Source: Macrostomum lignano (Eukaryota). From it: a stretch of DNA of 60,344 nt. Position numbers and translations under genes: made by a program. The notes below the pieces were generated by a model. The model made no database searches. It saw nothing but the letters and a program-made list of their open reading frames with translations, and was not told the origin of the DNA. This document shows positions 1 through 12,400 of the stretch, one piece after another. Each line of letters starts with the position of its first letter. Position 1 is the stretch's first letter. The stretch covers positions 1-60,344 of the forward strand of contig NIVC01002875.1 in the NCBI GenBank assembly GCA_002269645.1, given 5' to 3'.

Positions 1-29
1 AAGTTAAGGAAGAGCGACGCTTCATATTT

Positions 30-830
30 AACTGCTTCTTCTTCTTCTTATTATTATTATTCTTCTTCTTCTTCTTGCCGTTTTCGCCTTTCGGCTTGGC
101 TCCCTCAGGGCCCTCCGCATCATGTCCTCTGGTGTCTCGCCATGTTGGTTGCCGTAGGTTCTTTCCGCATAAATCATAGCTCTTCGTTTTCACTCGACAC
201 TTCCTTGGTGGAGTGGTCTGCGTTTCCTACAATACTTCGTTTCTCCCGCACGCCTTCCGTGCCTTGCCAGGTTGCACGTCGTTACTCTCTTCCCACACTT
301 CTCGCACGCCGTCTTCCCACTGTCCTCTCGTTCTCCTCTACAACTCTTTTTATGGTTCTTCATCGTTGCTTCTTGTGCGAAGGTTTTGCTGTATTTGTTA
401 CATTTGAATATTCGACATTTACGAGCTATTACCTGCATGCCCTTCACGCGTGCATTCTCTTTCATGTATATGCAAGCCCTGCTTTGCTCCTACAAACTTT
501 ATCACACCCTTCATATTCACATTTGAACTCCGTTCTCTCTTCTTTCTCTTTCTGTCTGTCTCCAGGTTTCGCTTCCGGCTTCTTCTCTGTTTCTTCCGGT
601 GGATGGACCTCTGTCGCGGATTGTCGTCCCTTTCCCCTCTGATCCTCTTAGCTCGACTTTTCTCCCATTCTTGTATCTCTTTTGTTCTCATTTCCACAGT
701 GGATTTCCATTTCTTCCGGTCTTGTGTGAATCTCTCTGCTCTCTTTGGCTCAATTCCTGCTTCCCGTAGCAGTCTCTTCCAGAAATTCACTGTTTGACTC
801 TTCCGTTGTTTCTTGATTACTCCAGTTTCT
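30..830 (-). mobile_element. 3' end of a degenerate non-LTR retrotransposon (LINE) with C-terminal Zn-finger-like motif and microsatellite tail
   Basis: Minus frames give NFWKRLLREAGIEPKRAERFTQDRKKWK and CEKCGKRVTTCNLARH (CxxC...H). The element ends in a (GAA)n/(TAA)n tail at about 34-76, as RTE/CR1-type LINEs do. Confidence 0.6.
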
Positions 831-849
831 TGTACCAGCCTATTACAGC

Positions 850-1480
850 TCTCTTAGTCTGCCTCTCGTCTGGCACGCGTAACACGTGGCCGATCCGAAT
901 GAGATGTGCTCGTTCGATCTTCACCCTCAACTGATGCTACTGATGGGATCACTGATGGGCTCATCTCGACCTTCCAGGTGACGCACCAGGTGTGTACCGC
1001 GTCCAGGGTCGGTTGCAGGTTATCGGCACAGCGGTGGAGCGAGTTAGCTGTGCTCAGCAGCGCGCTGTAATCGGCATAGACGCTGATGCCAATGCCCGGG
1101 GCCACTTGGTTAACGGTTTCGACCAGGTCATTGACGTACACGTTCCATAACGTCGAGGCGATGACGCTGCTCTGTGGGAGACCTTCATGGAAACTTCTCT
1201 CTCAACTGAGGGCGGCATTCCAGCGGACTCGGCGCGTCTTTGGCAGAGAAATCCCCTGATCCACTGGGCCATGCGGTGGCTGACGACCATTCTTAGGAGC
1301 CTGGCATAAAGAGCCCGGCGCTACACCCTGTCATCGGCGCGGCTGAAGTCGAGCAATGCCAGGATGCTGCACAGTGACTGGCTAGCCTCTAGTCCGTCGA
1401 AAATGTCTTGGCAAATGCGGCTGATCTGCTCTTTGCAGCTCCGGTGCCTGCGAAAGCCGGCTTTTTGGTTGTTTCGAGAC
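850..1480 (-). mobile_element. Degenerate reverse transcriptase fragment, I-group-like LINE
   Basis: Broken frames carry RT motifs: QKAGFRRHRSCKEQI, LLDFSRA, WIRGFLCQR, YVNDL...YADY (decayed YADD), LQPTLDAVHTWCVTW. Confidence 0.75.
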
Positions 1481-1489
1481 CGCCAGCAA

Positions 1490-1815
1490 TTCTCCGCGGT
1501 TCCCGATTAGGGTGATGTCATCCGCGAAGAGAGAAGTCTGGAACATGTGGGCTTGGTTCTCCGAGCTGTACTGGTACCTGTGTTGCGGTGGTAATGAGTG
1601 TCCCGGGGGCCAACTTCACTCAATCCAACACACGACCCCAGATCTTTTCGCTTCTTCCTGTCTCTCTCTCTCTGCGATACTGATGATCGGTGTTCCTGTT
1701 ATTTCCCACGCCTGATGATAGATGTTGAACAAAACCGGTGACGTGGGGCACCCTTCTCTGAGGCCGCGCTCTGGCATCCATCCTTCGCTCGTTCCTTCTC
1801 CGCTTTTCACTCGTA
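1490..1815 (-). mobile_element. Second degenerate LINE RT fragment (RTE-like)
   Basis: RGLREGCPTSPVLFNIYH (ORF 1616..1810), followed downstream by SLFADDITLIG near 1500-1535. Confidence 0.7.
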
Positions 1816-2210
1816 CAGTGTGTTTTCGTGTAAGTCTTGCAGCTTACATACTCTCGGGTATGCTTTAAAAGATTTAAAAAGAAATGTAATCCTCTGTATG
1901 TAATCAATTATTCTTTTGTAAACAGGGACCATACATGTTAATAGAGACCCTAACAGGGACCCTACAGTTAGAGAGACCCTAACAGGGACCCTACAGTTAA
2001 TATTATACTTAAGACCCCAAAATAACTAAAAGTCAACCGAATCGTTAAGTAGACAAGAGTTTATATATTTCCGAAACACCAACAAATATCACGACAAGTT
2101 TTAATCACCAAAACCCGAAAAGTAATCAATTTCACGAACAAATTTCAGCCAGCGAGACAGCGTCTTCATCCCGTCTGGCGGTACGTCTGACACGACGGCT
2201 GTTTCTTCTC

Positions 2211-3506
<1,296 letters not shown>

Positions 3507-3974
3507 TCAGTGGCGACTAGATTGGATTTTCGGCATCAAAACTGGCCCGCTTTTATGCTGTCGCCGGACCTGGCATCTCGGCAGGCGGTCGCAATCTCAC
3601 CTGCAGGTTGGCAACTTGCTGAGCTGGCAGTTTTGCAGATTTTTTGCGAAGTTTCTTACTCGAGATCGAGAGCTTCATGACAGCGAAGTTGCTTTTCGGC
3701 TGACTTTGACCACCTGCCGAATCTAGGTGTTTGCCGGCAGATTTCCCAATTTTTGCTGACGTGTTGAACAAGTGTTTGCTATTTAAATAGAAGCAAGTGC
3801 TTGTTCTATCGAATATTGAACTTTTAACTTTCTTTTCAAATTCAAAACAGAAAAATCAAGTCTGCGGTCTGCAGCTGAATAGCTTTCGACCAGTTGGACT
3901 TCATTTTATTTTCTAGGTGTCAAACACAGCAACACGAGCAAACTGATTCTAATTTTGCAATGTGCGAGAAACAC

Positions 3975-4445
3975 AACGTTTCTTATTGCTTTGATAGGAG
4001 GCAGATCCAGTGATCATCTTTTGATATGCTGTGCCTTTCTTATTGCTCTATCGATATTCATAAAGCTTTTCGTTCAGAAAATTAGGATTCATGTTAATGT
4101 TTTATTCTACACAGAATTCCATATGCCCTGTGACTAAAAACCATTTAAAAAAATGGCACGGCTCGGCTCATCGGTTTTATGAATCTATTTTATGATTCTT
4201 AGCTGTCTGAGCAATAATAATGTGTAACAGAGATGATAAAATAGATTTATAAAACCAGAGTCGAGATGTGCCATGCATTTTTAGGATTTTTACGCACATG
4301 AAATGTACGTAGAATAAAAAATTAACATAGAATCTAAATTGTCTAAATGAAAAGCTCATGAATATCGATAGAGCAATAAGAAAGGCAGAACATATCAAAA
4401 TATGAACACTGGATCTGCCTCCTATCAAAAGCAATAACAATTTTT
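3975..4445. repeat. Imperfect inverted repeat / foldback (arms of about 220 bp, loop of about 40 bp), possible MITE
   Basis: TTGATAGGAGGCAGATCCAGTG near 3992 pairs with CACTGGATCTGCCTCCTATCAA near 4408. GGTTTTATGAATCTATTTTAT (4173) pairs with ATAAAATAGATTTATAAAACC (4236). Confidence 0.8.
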
Positions 4446-5325
4446 GTGCTGAAAAATGAAAGCTTCCTATCTCCGTAGTCCATTTTTTTTCGGAAAACCT
4501 GCCTTTAAAATTTTTATAAGAAACGAGGTTTCTCGTCCTTCTACTTAAGTCGTCCTTGGTAAAACAATGTATCACTCGTGTAGCTTGACTGACTTGATGT
4601 TAGAGTTATCAGATGCTGGAGGTTAGAATCCAAAGCTTGACTGAACGACACGCTGATAGATAAGTTTCGCTTCCCTTCTACATGCGTTCCAGCTTGAGCA
4701 TGAGTAGCGCTCATGAATGTTTGTGTGGCCAAGGAAATCTCCACGAAAATCTTGGCCTATCAAAGAAGTCCGCCCCGTTGAATTTCCTCGACTTCTGGTG
4801 GTGGATCATCAACAAGCTGCGGTTCGAGACCCAGCGCCCATCCACTCCCCTTATTAGAGCGCATCCCCAAAGCGCACTCAATGAACCAGAAATCTGTTCT
4901 GTCAGTAAATTAAAAACACAGGCGCAGACACCAAGTGTAAGTCCGCTGTAACACCCTGTGTGCACGTGCGAGCGCATCTGTGTGCTTGTGTGTGTGCTAT
5001 AAGCTATATAAACTAACTAAAAACCTTGGACACCCAGGATGACATGTAATAGGCCATGAAGACACCCCACATTTGCTGCAAGCAGTCGACAAAGTTGAAT
5101 GAAGCAGAAACTTGAGTTCACAGAAAGGATTAGCCGCGCTACGCCAGCGCACATTGAATAATAATGAGCAAGCGAACTCGCTATGCCGCAATGCAAAAAT
5201 AAGTTTGCGCGCAGTGTATTTACAAACAGTTGCTGTTAGTACAAAATGCAATTGTCAGGCAAAATTGAAGCAGAAACAGATTATATAGGAAATAATAACG
5301 ATTTAAACTAGCAAGCTCTATTGGA

Positions 5326-6408
5326 TGAACACCCTTTTCTAACTTGGTAGATTATAAACACAGATAAACACCCTTTTCTAACTTGGTAGATTGTAAACAC
5401 AGATAAACACCCTTTTCTAACTTGGTAGCTTATAAACACAGATAAACATCCTCTTCTAACTTGGTAGATTATAAACACAGATAAACACCCCTTTCCTAAC
5501 TTGGTAGATTATAAACACAGATAAACATCCTCTTCTAACTTGGTAGATTGTAAACACAGATAAACACCCTCTTCTAACTTGGTAGCTTATAAACACAGAT
5601 AAACATCCTCTTCTAACTTGGTAGCTTATAAACACAGATAAACACCCTCTTCTAACTTGGTAGCTTATAAACACAGATAAACATCCTCTTCTAACTTGGT
5701 AGCTTATAAACACAGATAAACATCCTCTTCTAACTTGGTAGATTGTAAACACAGATAAACATCCTCTTCTAACTTGGTAGCTTATAAACACAGATAAACA
5801 TCCTCTTCTAACTTGGTAGATTATAAACACAGATAAACACCCCTTTCCTAACTTGGTAGATTATAAACACAGATAAACATCCTCTTCTAACTTGGTAGAT
5901 TATAAACACAGATAAACACCCTCTTCTAACTTGGTAGATTGTAAACACAGATAAACATCCTCTTCTAACTTGGTAGCTTATAAACACAGATAAACACCCT
6001 CTTCTAACTTGGTAGCTTATAAACACAGATAAACATCCTCTTCTAACTTGGTAGCTTATAAACACAGATAAACATCCTCTTCTAACTTGGTAGATTGTAA
6101 ACACAGATAAACATCCTCTTCTAACTTGGTAGCTTATAAACACAGATAAACATCCTCTTCTAACTTGGTAGATTATAAACACAGATAAACACCCTTTTCT
6201 AACTTGGTAGATTATAAACACAGATAAACATCCTCTTCTAACTTGGTAGATTATAAACACAGATAAACACCCTCTTCTAACTTGGTAGATTGTAAACACA
6301 GATAAACACCCCTTTCCTAACTTGGTAGCTTATAAACACAGATAAACACCCTCTTCTAACTTGGTAGATTATAAACACAGATAAACACCCTCTTCTAACT
6401 TGGTAGAT
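5326..6408. repeat. 39-bp minisatellite, about 27 copies, just downstream of GTF3C3
   Basis: Unit CTTCTAACTTGGTAG(A/C)TT(A/G)TAAACACAGATAAACA(T/C)CCT. The 13-aa periodicity in the ORF track agrees. Confidence 0.97.
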
Positions 6409-6493
6409 CTAAGACAAATATAAAAACCTTTTACTACGTAAGTTTTTTAGTTTAATTTCAAGCCACAAAAGGCACTTCCCGCATGGTTATTAA

Positions 6494-9400
6494 TCAGTGA
6501 ATAACCAGATGCTCCCTGAGCAGCCGGGACACCATGGCCTCGTTCCCAACAGACTTGTACAGCACCAGCAGGTTGTGCGCCGCCGTTGGTCGCAGATCGT
6601 TCCGTTGCCGTTGCTCGGCCGTCTCGCCCTCCGGCTGGGCGTTCAGGGCGCGCTCGTAGCCTGCGGCGGCGTGGCGCAACAGGCCGAGGCGGTGCAGAAT
6701 CCTGCGGGAGCGATGAGAGATGATGGTGGGTGAGGGAAAGGGTGATTGACGATGGTGGGTGAGGGAGAGGGTGATTGGCGGTGATGGTGGGTGAGGGGGA
6801 GAGGGTGATTGGCGGTGATGGTGGATGAGGGAGAGGGTGATTGGCGGTGATGGTGGGTGAGGGAGAGGGTGATTGGCGGTGATGGTGGGTGAGGGAGAGG
6901 GTGATTGGCGGTGATGGTGGGTGAGGGAGAGGGTGATTGGCGGTGATGGTGGGTGAGGGAGAGGGTGATTGGCGGTGATGGTGGATGAGGGAGACGATGA
7001 TGGCGGTAAGTTCATGTACCTGGCAGTATTGTAGGCAACCTCCTGGCAGCCATGCGGGGCCCGCAGTTGGGCGTAGCAGGTGAGCATTGCACAGGCGTTG
7101 GCCACAAAGAAATGCCGATTGGCCAGGTGCCGCTGGCAGGCCAGCGAGGCGAAGGCGGACGCGGCCAGCAGGGGCACCAGCGGGTCATCCTGGCGAACCC
7201 GGCGCAGATGCGTGAGCGCCAGCAGGGCTCGCCGGTACTTGCCGGTAAGCAGGAAGCCCTGAGCGGTCATGAGCAGCAGCGGGTAGCGCAGGCGGGGCAG
7301 CCGGGCGGCCATGCGAAGCGGCATCCGCTCGCTGCACTGGGTGAGGCCGGCAACCAGGCCCAGGGTGTTCGGCCCGGTGCTGCGGTCCTGATAGCGACAG
7401 CAGAAGTCCTTGGCGATGTGCAGCACCGAGGCCACGGACTTGGTGTAGAATGCGCTGGTCAGAGCCAACAGGTTGATCTGCTCGCAGCGGCGCCTGTTAC
7501 CGCTGAATGCGGGATGGTAGAGGGCCCAGGTGGTGGCCAGGTCCAGCCGCTCCCACTGACGCGACTCGTACAGCCGCTGAACTAGGTGCCTGCGTGCGAG
7601 GGGGGCGGGGGCACGAATGACGGGGGGGGTGAGGTGCGATTCCTTGTGGTGGTGTGCATGGGCGATTCCTTGCGGGAGCTTCTATGGGCGATTCCTTGCA
7701 GGGGTGTCTAGGGGCGATTCCTTGCAGGGGGTGTCTAGGGGCGATTCCTTGCAGGGGGTGTCTAGGGGCGATTCCTTGCAGGGGGTGTCTAGGGGCGATT
7801 CCTTGCAGGGGGTGTCTAGGGGCGATTCCTTGCAGGGGGTGTCTAGGGGCGATTCCTTGCAGGGGGTGTCTAGGGGCGATTTCTTGCGGGGTGTCCAGGG
7901 GCAATTCCTTAGGGGTGTCTATGGGCGATTCCTTGTGGTGGTGCCCATGGGCGATTCCTTGTGGCGGTGTCCATGGGCGATTCCTTGCGGGAGCTTCTAT
8001 GGGCGATTCCTTGCAGGGGTGTCTAGGGGCGATTCCTTGCAGGGGGTGTCTAGGGCGATTCCTTGCAGGGGGTGTCTAGGGGCGATTCCTTGCAGGGGGT
8101 GTCTAGGGGCGATTCCTTGCAGGGGGTGTCTAGGGGCGATTCCTTGCAGGGGGTGTCTAGGGGCGATTCCTTGCAGGGGGTGTCTAGGGGCGATTCCTTG
8201 CGGAGGTGTCCAGGGGCGATTCCTTGCGGGGGTGTCGATGGGCGATTCCTTGTGGGGGTGTCCAGGGGTGATTCCTTGCGGGGGTGTCTATGAGCGATTT
8301 GTCCAGAAGGGTCTTTGCGAGTCTGTCTAGCTGTCAAAGGGAACTGAATTCGTGTAAAAGAAAAAGTTAATAGCCAGCCCACCTGTACACATCCCAGAGA
8401 TCATCCGGGTTGAGGTTGGCCACGGCCCGGCCAAAGGCTTTGCTGGCCCGGTCCACCAGGCTGTCCGCCCTCCGGCCCCTGGTGAACAGGGCCTGCATGT
8501 CGGCCAGGCTGGCGCAGCCGAGGTCGGCGAACAGCGGCTCCAGCCGGCCGAAGACGAGTCGCCAGGCCTCGAGCTCGAAGGCCGCGGGGTCCCGGTGCAT
8601 CAGCATCAGGCAGCGATTGAGCGCCAGCTTAGCAGACTCGGCCGTGGAGTCGATGGCGGAGTCAGCGGCCGATGCGGGCAGGCGGAGCGTCTCCAGGGCT
8701 TCGGCGCTCTGGCCGAGGCTCACCTGGATGGCATGGAGAGTCAATTTAGGTTTTCTGTGGCTGCTCGGTGGAGCTGAAACTATGGAGGAAAGATGAGGGA
8801 AGAGCGAAAAGGGAAGAAAGAGGGGAAAGGGGAAAAGAGAGAGCAGAGAGGTAGAGAGGGGAAGGAGAGGTAGAGAGGGGAAGGAGAGGAAGAGAGGGGA
8901 AGGGATGAGAGGGGAAGAGGAGGAAGAGAGGGGAAGGGGAGGAAGAGAAGGGAAGAGGAGGAAGAGAGGGGAAGGGGAGGAAGAGAGGGGAAGTTGAGGA
9001 AGAGAGGGAAGGGAAGGAAGAGAGGGGAAGGGGAGGAAGAGAGGGGAAGTTGAGGAAGAGAGGGGAAGGGAAGGAAGAGAGGGGAAGGGAGGAAGAGAGG
9101 GGAAGTTGAGGAAGAGAGGGAAGGGAAGGAAGAGAGGGGAAGGGGAGGAAGAGAGGGGAAGTTAAGGAAGAGAGGGGAAGGGAAGAAAGAGAGGGGAAGG
9201 GGAGGAAGAGAGGGGAAGTTGAGGAAGAGAGGGGAAGGAAAGGAAGAGAGGGGACGTTGAGGAAGAGAGGGGAAGGGGAGGAAGAGAGGGGAAGTTGAGG
9301 AAGAGAGGGGAAGTTGAGGAAGAGAGGGGAAGTTGAGGAAGAGAGGGAAGGGAGGAAGAGAGGGGAAGTTGAGGAAGAGAGGGGAAGGGGAGGAAGAGAG

Positions 9401-12400
9401 GGGAAGTTGAGGAAGAGAGGGAAGGGGAGGAAGAGAGGGGAAGTTGAGGAAGAGAGGGAAGGGAAGGAAGAGAGGGGAAGGGGAGGAAGAGAGGGGAAGT
9501 TGAGGAAGAGAGGGGAAGGGGAGGAAGAGAGGGGAAGTTGAGGAAGAGAGGGGAAGGGGAGGAAGAGAGGGGAAGTTGAGGAAGAGAGGGAAGGGGAGGA
9601 AGAGAGGGGAAGTTGAGGAAGAGAGGGAAGGGAAGGAAGAGAGGGGAAGGGGAGGAAGAGAGGGGAAGTTGAGGAAGAGAGGGGAAGGGAAGGAAGAGAG
9701 GGGAAGGGGAGGAAGAGAGGGGAAGTTGAGGAAGAGAGGGGAAGGAAAGGAAGAGAGGGGACGTTGAGGAAGAGAGGGGAAGGGGAGGAAGAGAGGGGAA
9801 GTTGAGGAAGAGAGGGGAAGGGAAGGAAGAGAGGGGAAGGGGAGGAAGAGAGGGGAAGGGGAGGAAGAGAGGGGAAGGGGAGGAAGAGAGGGGAAGTTGA
9901 GGAAGAGAGGGGAAGGGGAGGAAGAGAGGGGAAGTTGAGGAAGAGAGGGGAAGGGAGGAAGAGAGGGGAAGTTGAGGAAGAGAGGGGAAGGGGAGGAAGA
10001 GAGGGGAAGTTGAGGAAGAGAGGGAAGGGGAGGAAGAGAGGGGAAGTTGAGGAAGAGAGGGAAGGGAAGGAAGAGAGGGGAGGGGAGGAAGAGAGGGGAA
10101 GTTGAGGAAGAGAGGGGAAGGGGAGGAAGAGAGGGGAAGTTGAGGAAGAGAGGGGAAGGGGAGGAAGAGAGGGGAAGTTGAGGAAGAGAGGGAAGGGAGG
10201 AAGAGAGGGGAAGTTGAGGAAGAGAGGGGAAGGGAAGGAAGAGAGGGGAAGGGGAGGAAGAGAGGGGAAGTTGAGGAAGAGAGGGAAGGGAAGAAGAGAG
10301 GGAAGGGGAGGAAGAGAGGGGAAGTTGAGGAAGAGAGGGGAAGGGGAGGAAGAGAGGGGAAGTTGAGGAAGAGAGGGAAGGGGAGGAAGAGAGGGGAAGT
10401 TGAGGAAGAGAGGGGAAGGGAAGGAAGAGAGGGGAAGGGGAGGAAGAGAGGGAAGGGAAGGAAGAGAGGGGAAGGGGAGGAAGAGAGGGGAAGTTGAGGA
10501 AGAGAGGGGAAGGGAAGGAAGAGAGGGGAAGGGGAGGAAGAGAGGGGAAGTTGAGGAAGAGAGGGGAAGGGGAGGTAGAGAGGGGAAGGGGAGGAAGAGA
10601 GGGGAAGTTGAGGAAGAGAGGGGAAGGGAAGGAAGAGAGGGGAAGGGGAGGAAGAGAGGGGAAGTTGAGGAAGAGAGGGAAGGGAAGGAAGAGAGGGGAA
10701 GGGGAGGAAGAGAGGGGAAGTTGAGGAAGAGAGGGGAAGGGGAGGAAGAGAGGGGAAGTTGAGGAAGAGAGGGAAGGGGAGGAAGAGAGGGGAAGTTGAG
10801 GAAGAGAGGGGAAGGGAAGGAAGAGAGGGGAAGGGGAGGAAGAGAGGGGAGGGGAGGAAGAGAGGGGAAGGGGAGGAAGAGAGGGGAAGTTGAGGAAGAG
10901 AGGGGAAGGGGAGGAAGAGAGGGGAAGTTGAGGAAGAGAGGGGAAGGGGAGGAAGAGAGGGGAAGTTGAGGAAGAGAGGGAAGGGGAGGAAGAGAGGGGA
11001 AGTTGAGGAAGAGAGGGGAAGGGAAGGAAGAGAGGGGAAGGGGAGGAAGAGAGGGGAAGTTGAGGAAGAGAGGGAAGGGAAGGAAGAGAGGGGAAGGGGA
11101 GGAAGAGAGGGGAAGTTGAGGAAGAGAGGGAAGGGGAGGAAGAGAGGGGAAGTTGAGGAAGAGAGGGAAGGGGAGGAAGAGAGGGGAAGTTGAGGAAGAG
11201 AGGGGAAGGGAAGGAAGAGAGGGGAAGGGGAGGAAGAGAGGGAAGGGAAGGAAGAGAGGGGAAGGGGAGGAAGAGAGGGGAAGTTGAGGAAGAGAGGGGA
11301 AGGGGAGGAAGAGAGGGGAAGGGGAGGAAGAGAGGGGAAGGGGAGGTAGAAAGGGGAAGGGGAGGAAGAGAGGGGAAGTTGAGGAAGAGAGGGGAAGGGA
11401 AGGAAGAGAGGGGAAGTTGAGGAAGAAAGGGGAAGGGAAGGAAGAGAGGGGAAGGGGAGGAAGAGAGGGGAAGTTGAGGAAGAGAGGGGAAGGGGAGGAA
11501 GAGAGGGGAAGGGGAGGAAGAGAGGGAAGGGAGGAAGAGAGGGGAAGGGGAGGAGAGAGGGAAGGGGAGAGAGAGGGGAAGGGGAGGAAGAGAGGGGAAG
11601 GGAGGAAGAGAGGGAAGGGGAGGAAGAGAGGGGAAGGGAGGAAGAGAGGGGAAGGGAGGAAGAGAGGGGAAGGGGAGGAAGAGAGGGGAAGGGGAGGAAG
11701 AGAGGGGAAGGGGAGGAAGAGAGGGGAAGTTGAGGAAGAGAGGGGAAGGGGAGGAAGAGAGGGGAAGTTGAGGAAGAGAGGGAAGGGAGGAAGAGAGGGG
11801 AAGTTGAGGAAGAGAGGGGAAGGGAAGGAAGAGAGGGGAAGGGGAGGAAGAGAGGGGAAGTTGAGGAAGAGAGGGGAAGGGGAGGAGAGAGGGGAAGGGG
11901 AGGAAGAGAGGGGAAGTTGAGGAAGAGAGGGAAGGGAAGGAAGAGAGGGGAAGGGGAGGAGAGAGGGGAAGGAAGGAAGAGAGGGGAAGGGGAGGAAGAG
12001 AGGGGAAGTTGAGGAAGAGAGGGGAAGGGGAGGAAGAGAGGGGAAGTTGAGGAAGAGAGGGAAGGGGAGGAAGAGAGGGGAAGTTGAGGAAGAGAGGGGA
12101 AGGGAGGAAGAGAGGGGAAGGGGAGGAAGAGAGGGAAGGGAGGAAGAGAGGGGAAGGGGAGGAAGAGAGGGAAGTTGAGGAAGAGAGGGGAAGGGGAGGA
12201 AGAGAGGGGAAGGGAAGGAAGAGAGGGGAAGGGGAGGAGAAGGGGAAGGGGAGGAAGAGAGGGGAAGTTGAGGAAGAGAGGGGAAGGGAAGGAAGAGAGG
12301 GGAAGTTGAGGAAGAAGGGGAAGGGAAGGAAGAGAGGGGAAGGGGAGGAAGAGAGGGGAAGTTGAGGAAGAGAGGGAAGGGGAGGAAGAGAGGGGAAGGG

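Noticed and set aside
5456-6299. ORFs over the 39-bp array, and similar ORFs over the other arrays (16296-17337, 17470-18691, 26200-27721, 35818-37254, 46192-47147, 49637-50089, 52139-54158, 54936-55925, 56427-59912)
   Set aside because: Periodic low-complexity translations of tandem repeats with no independent coding evidence.
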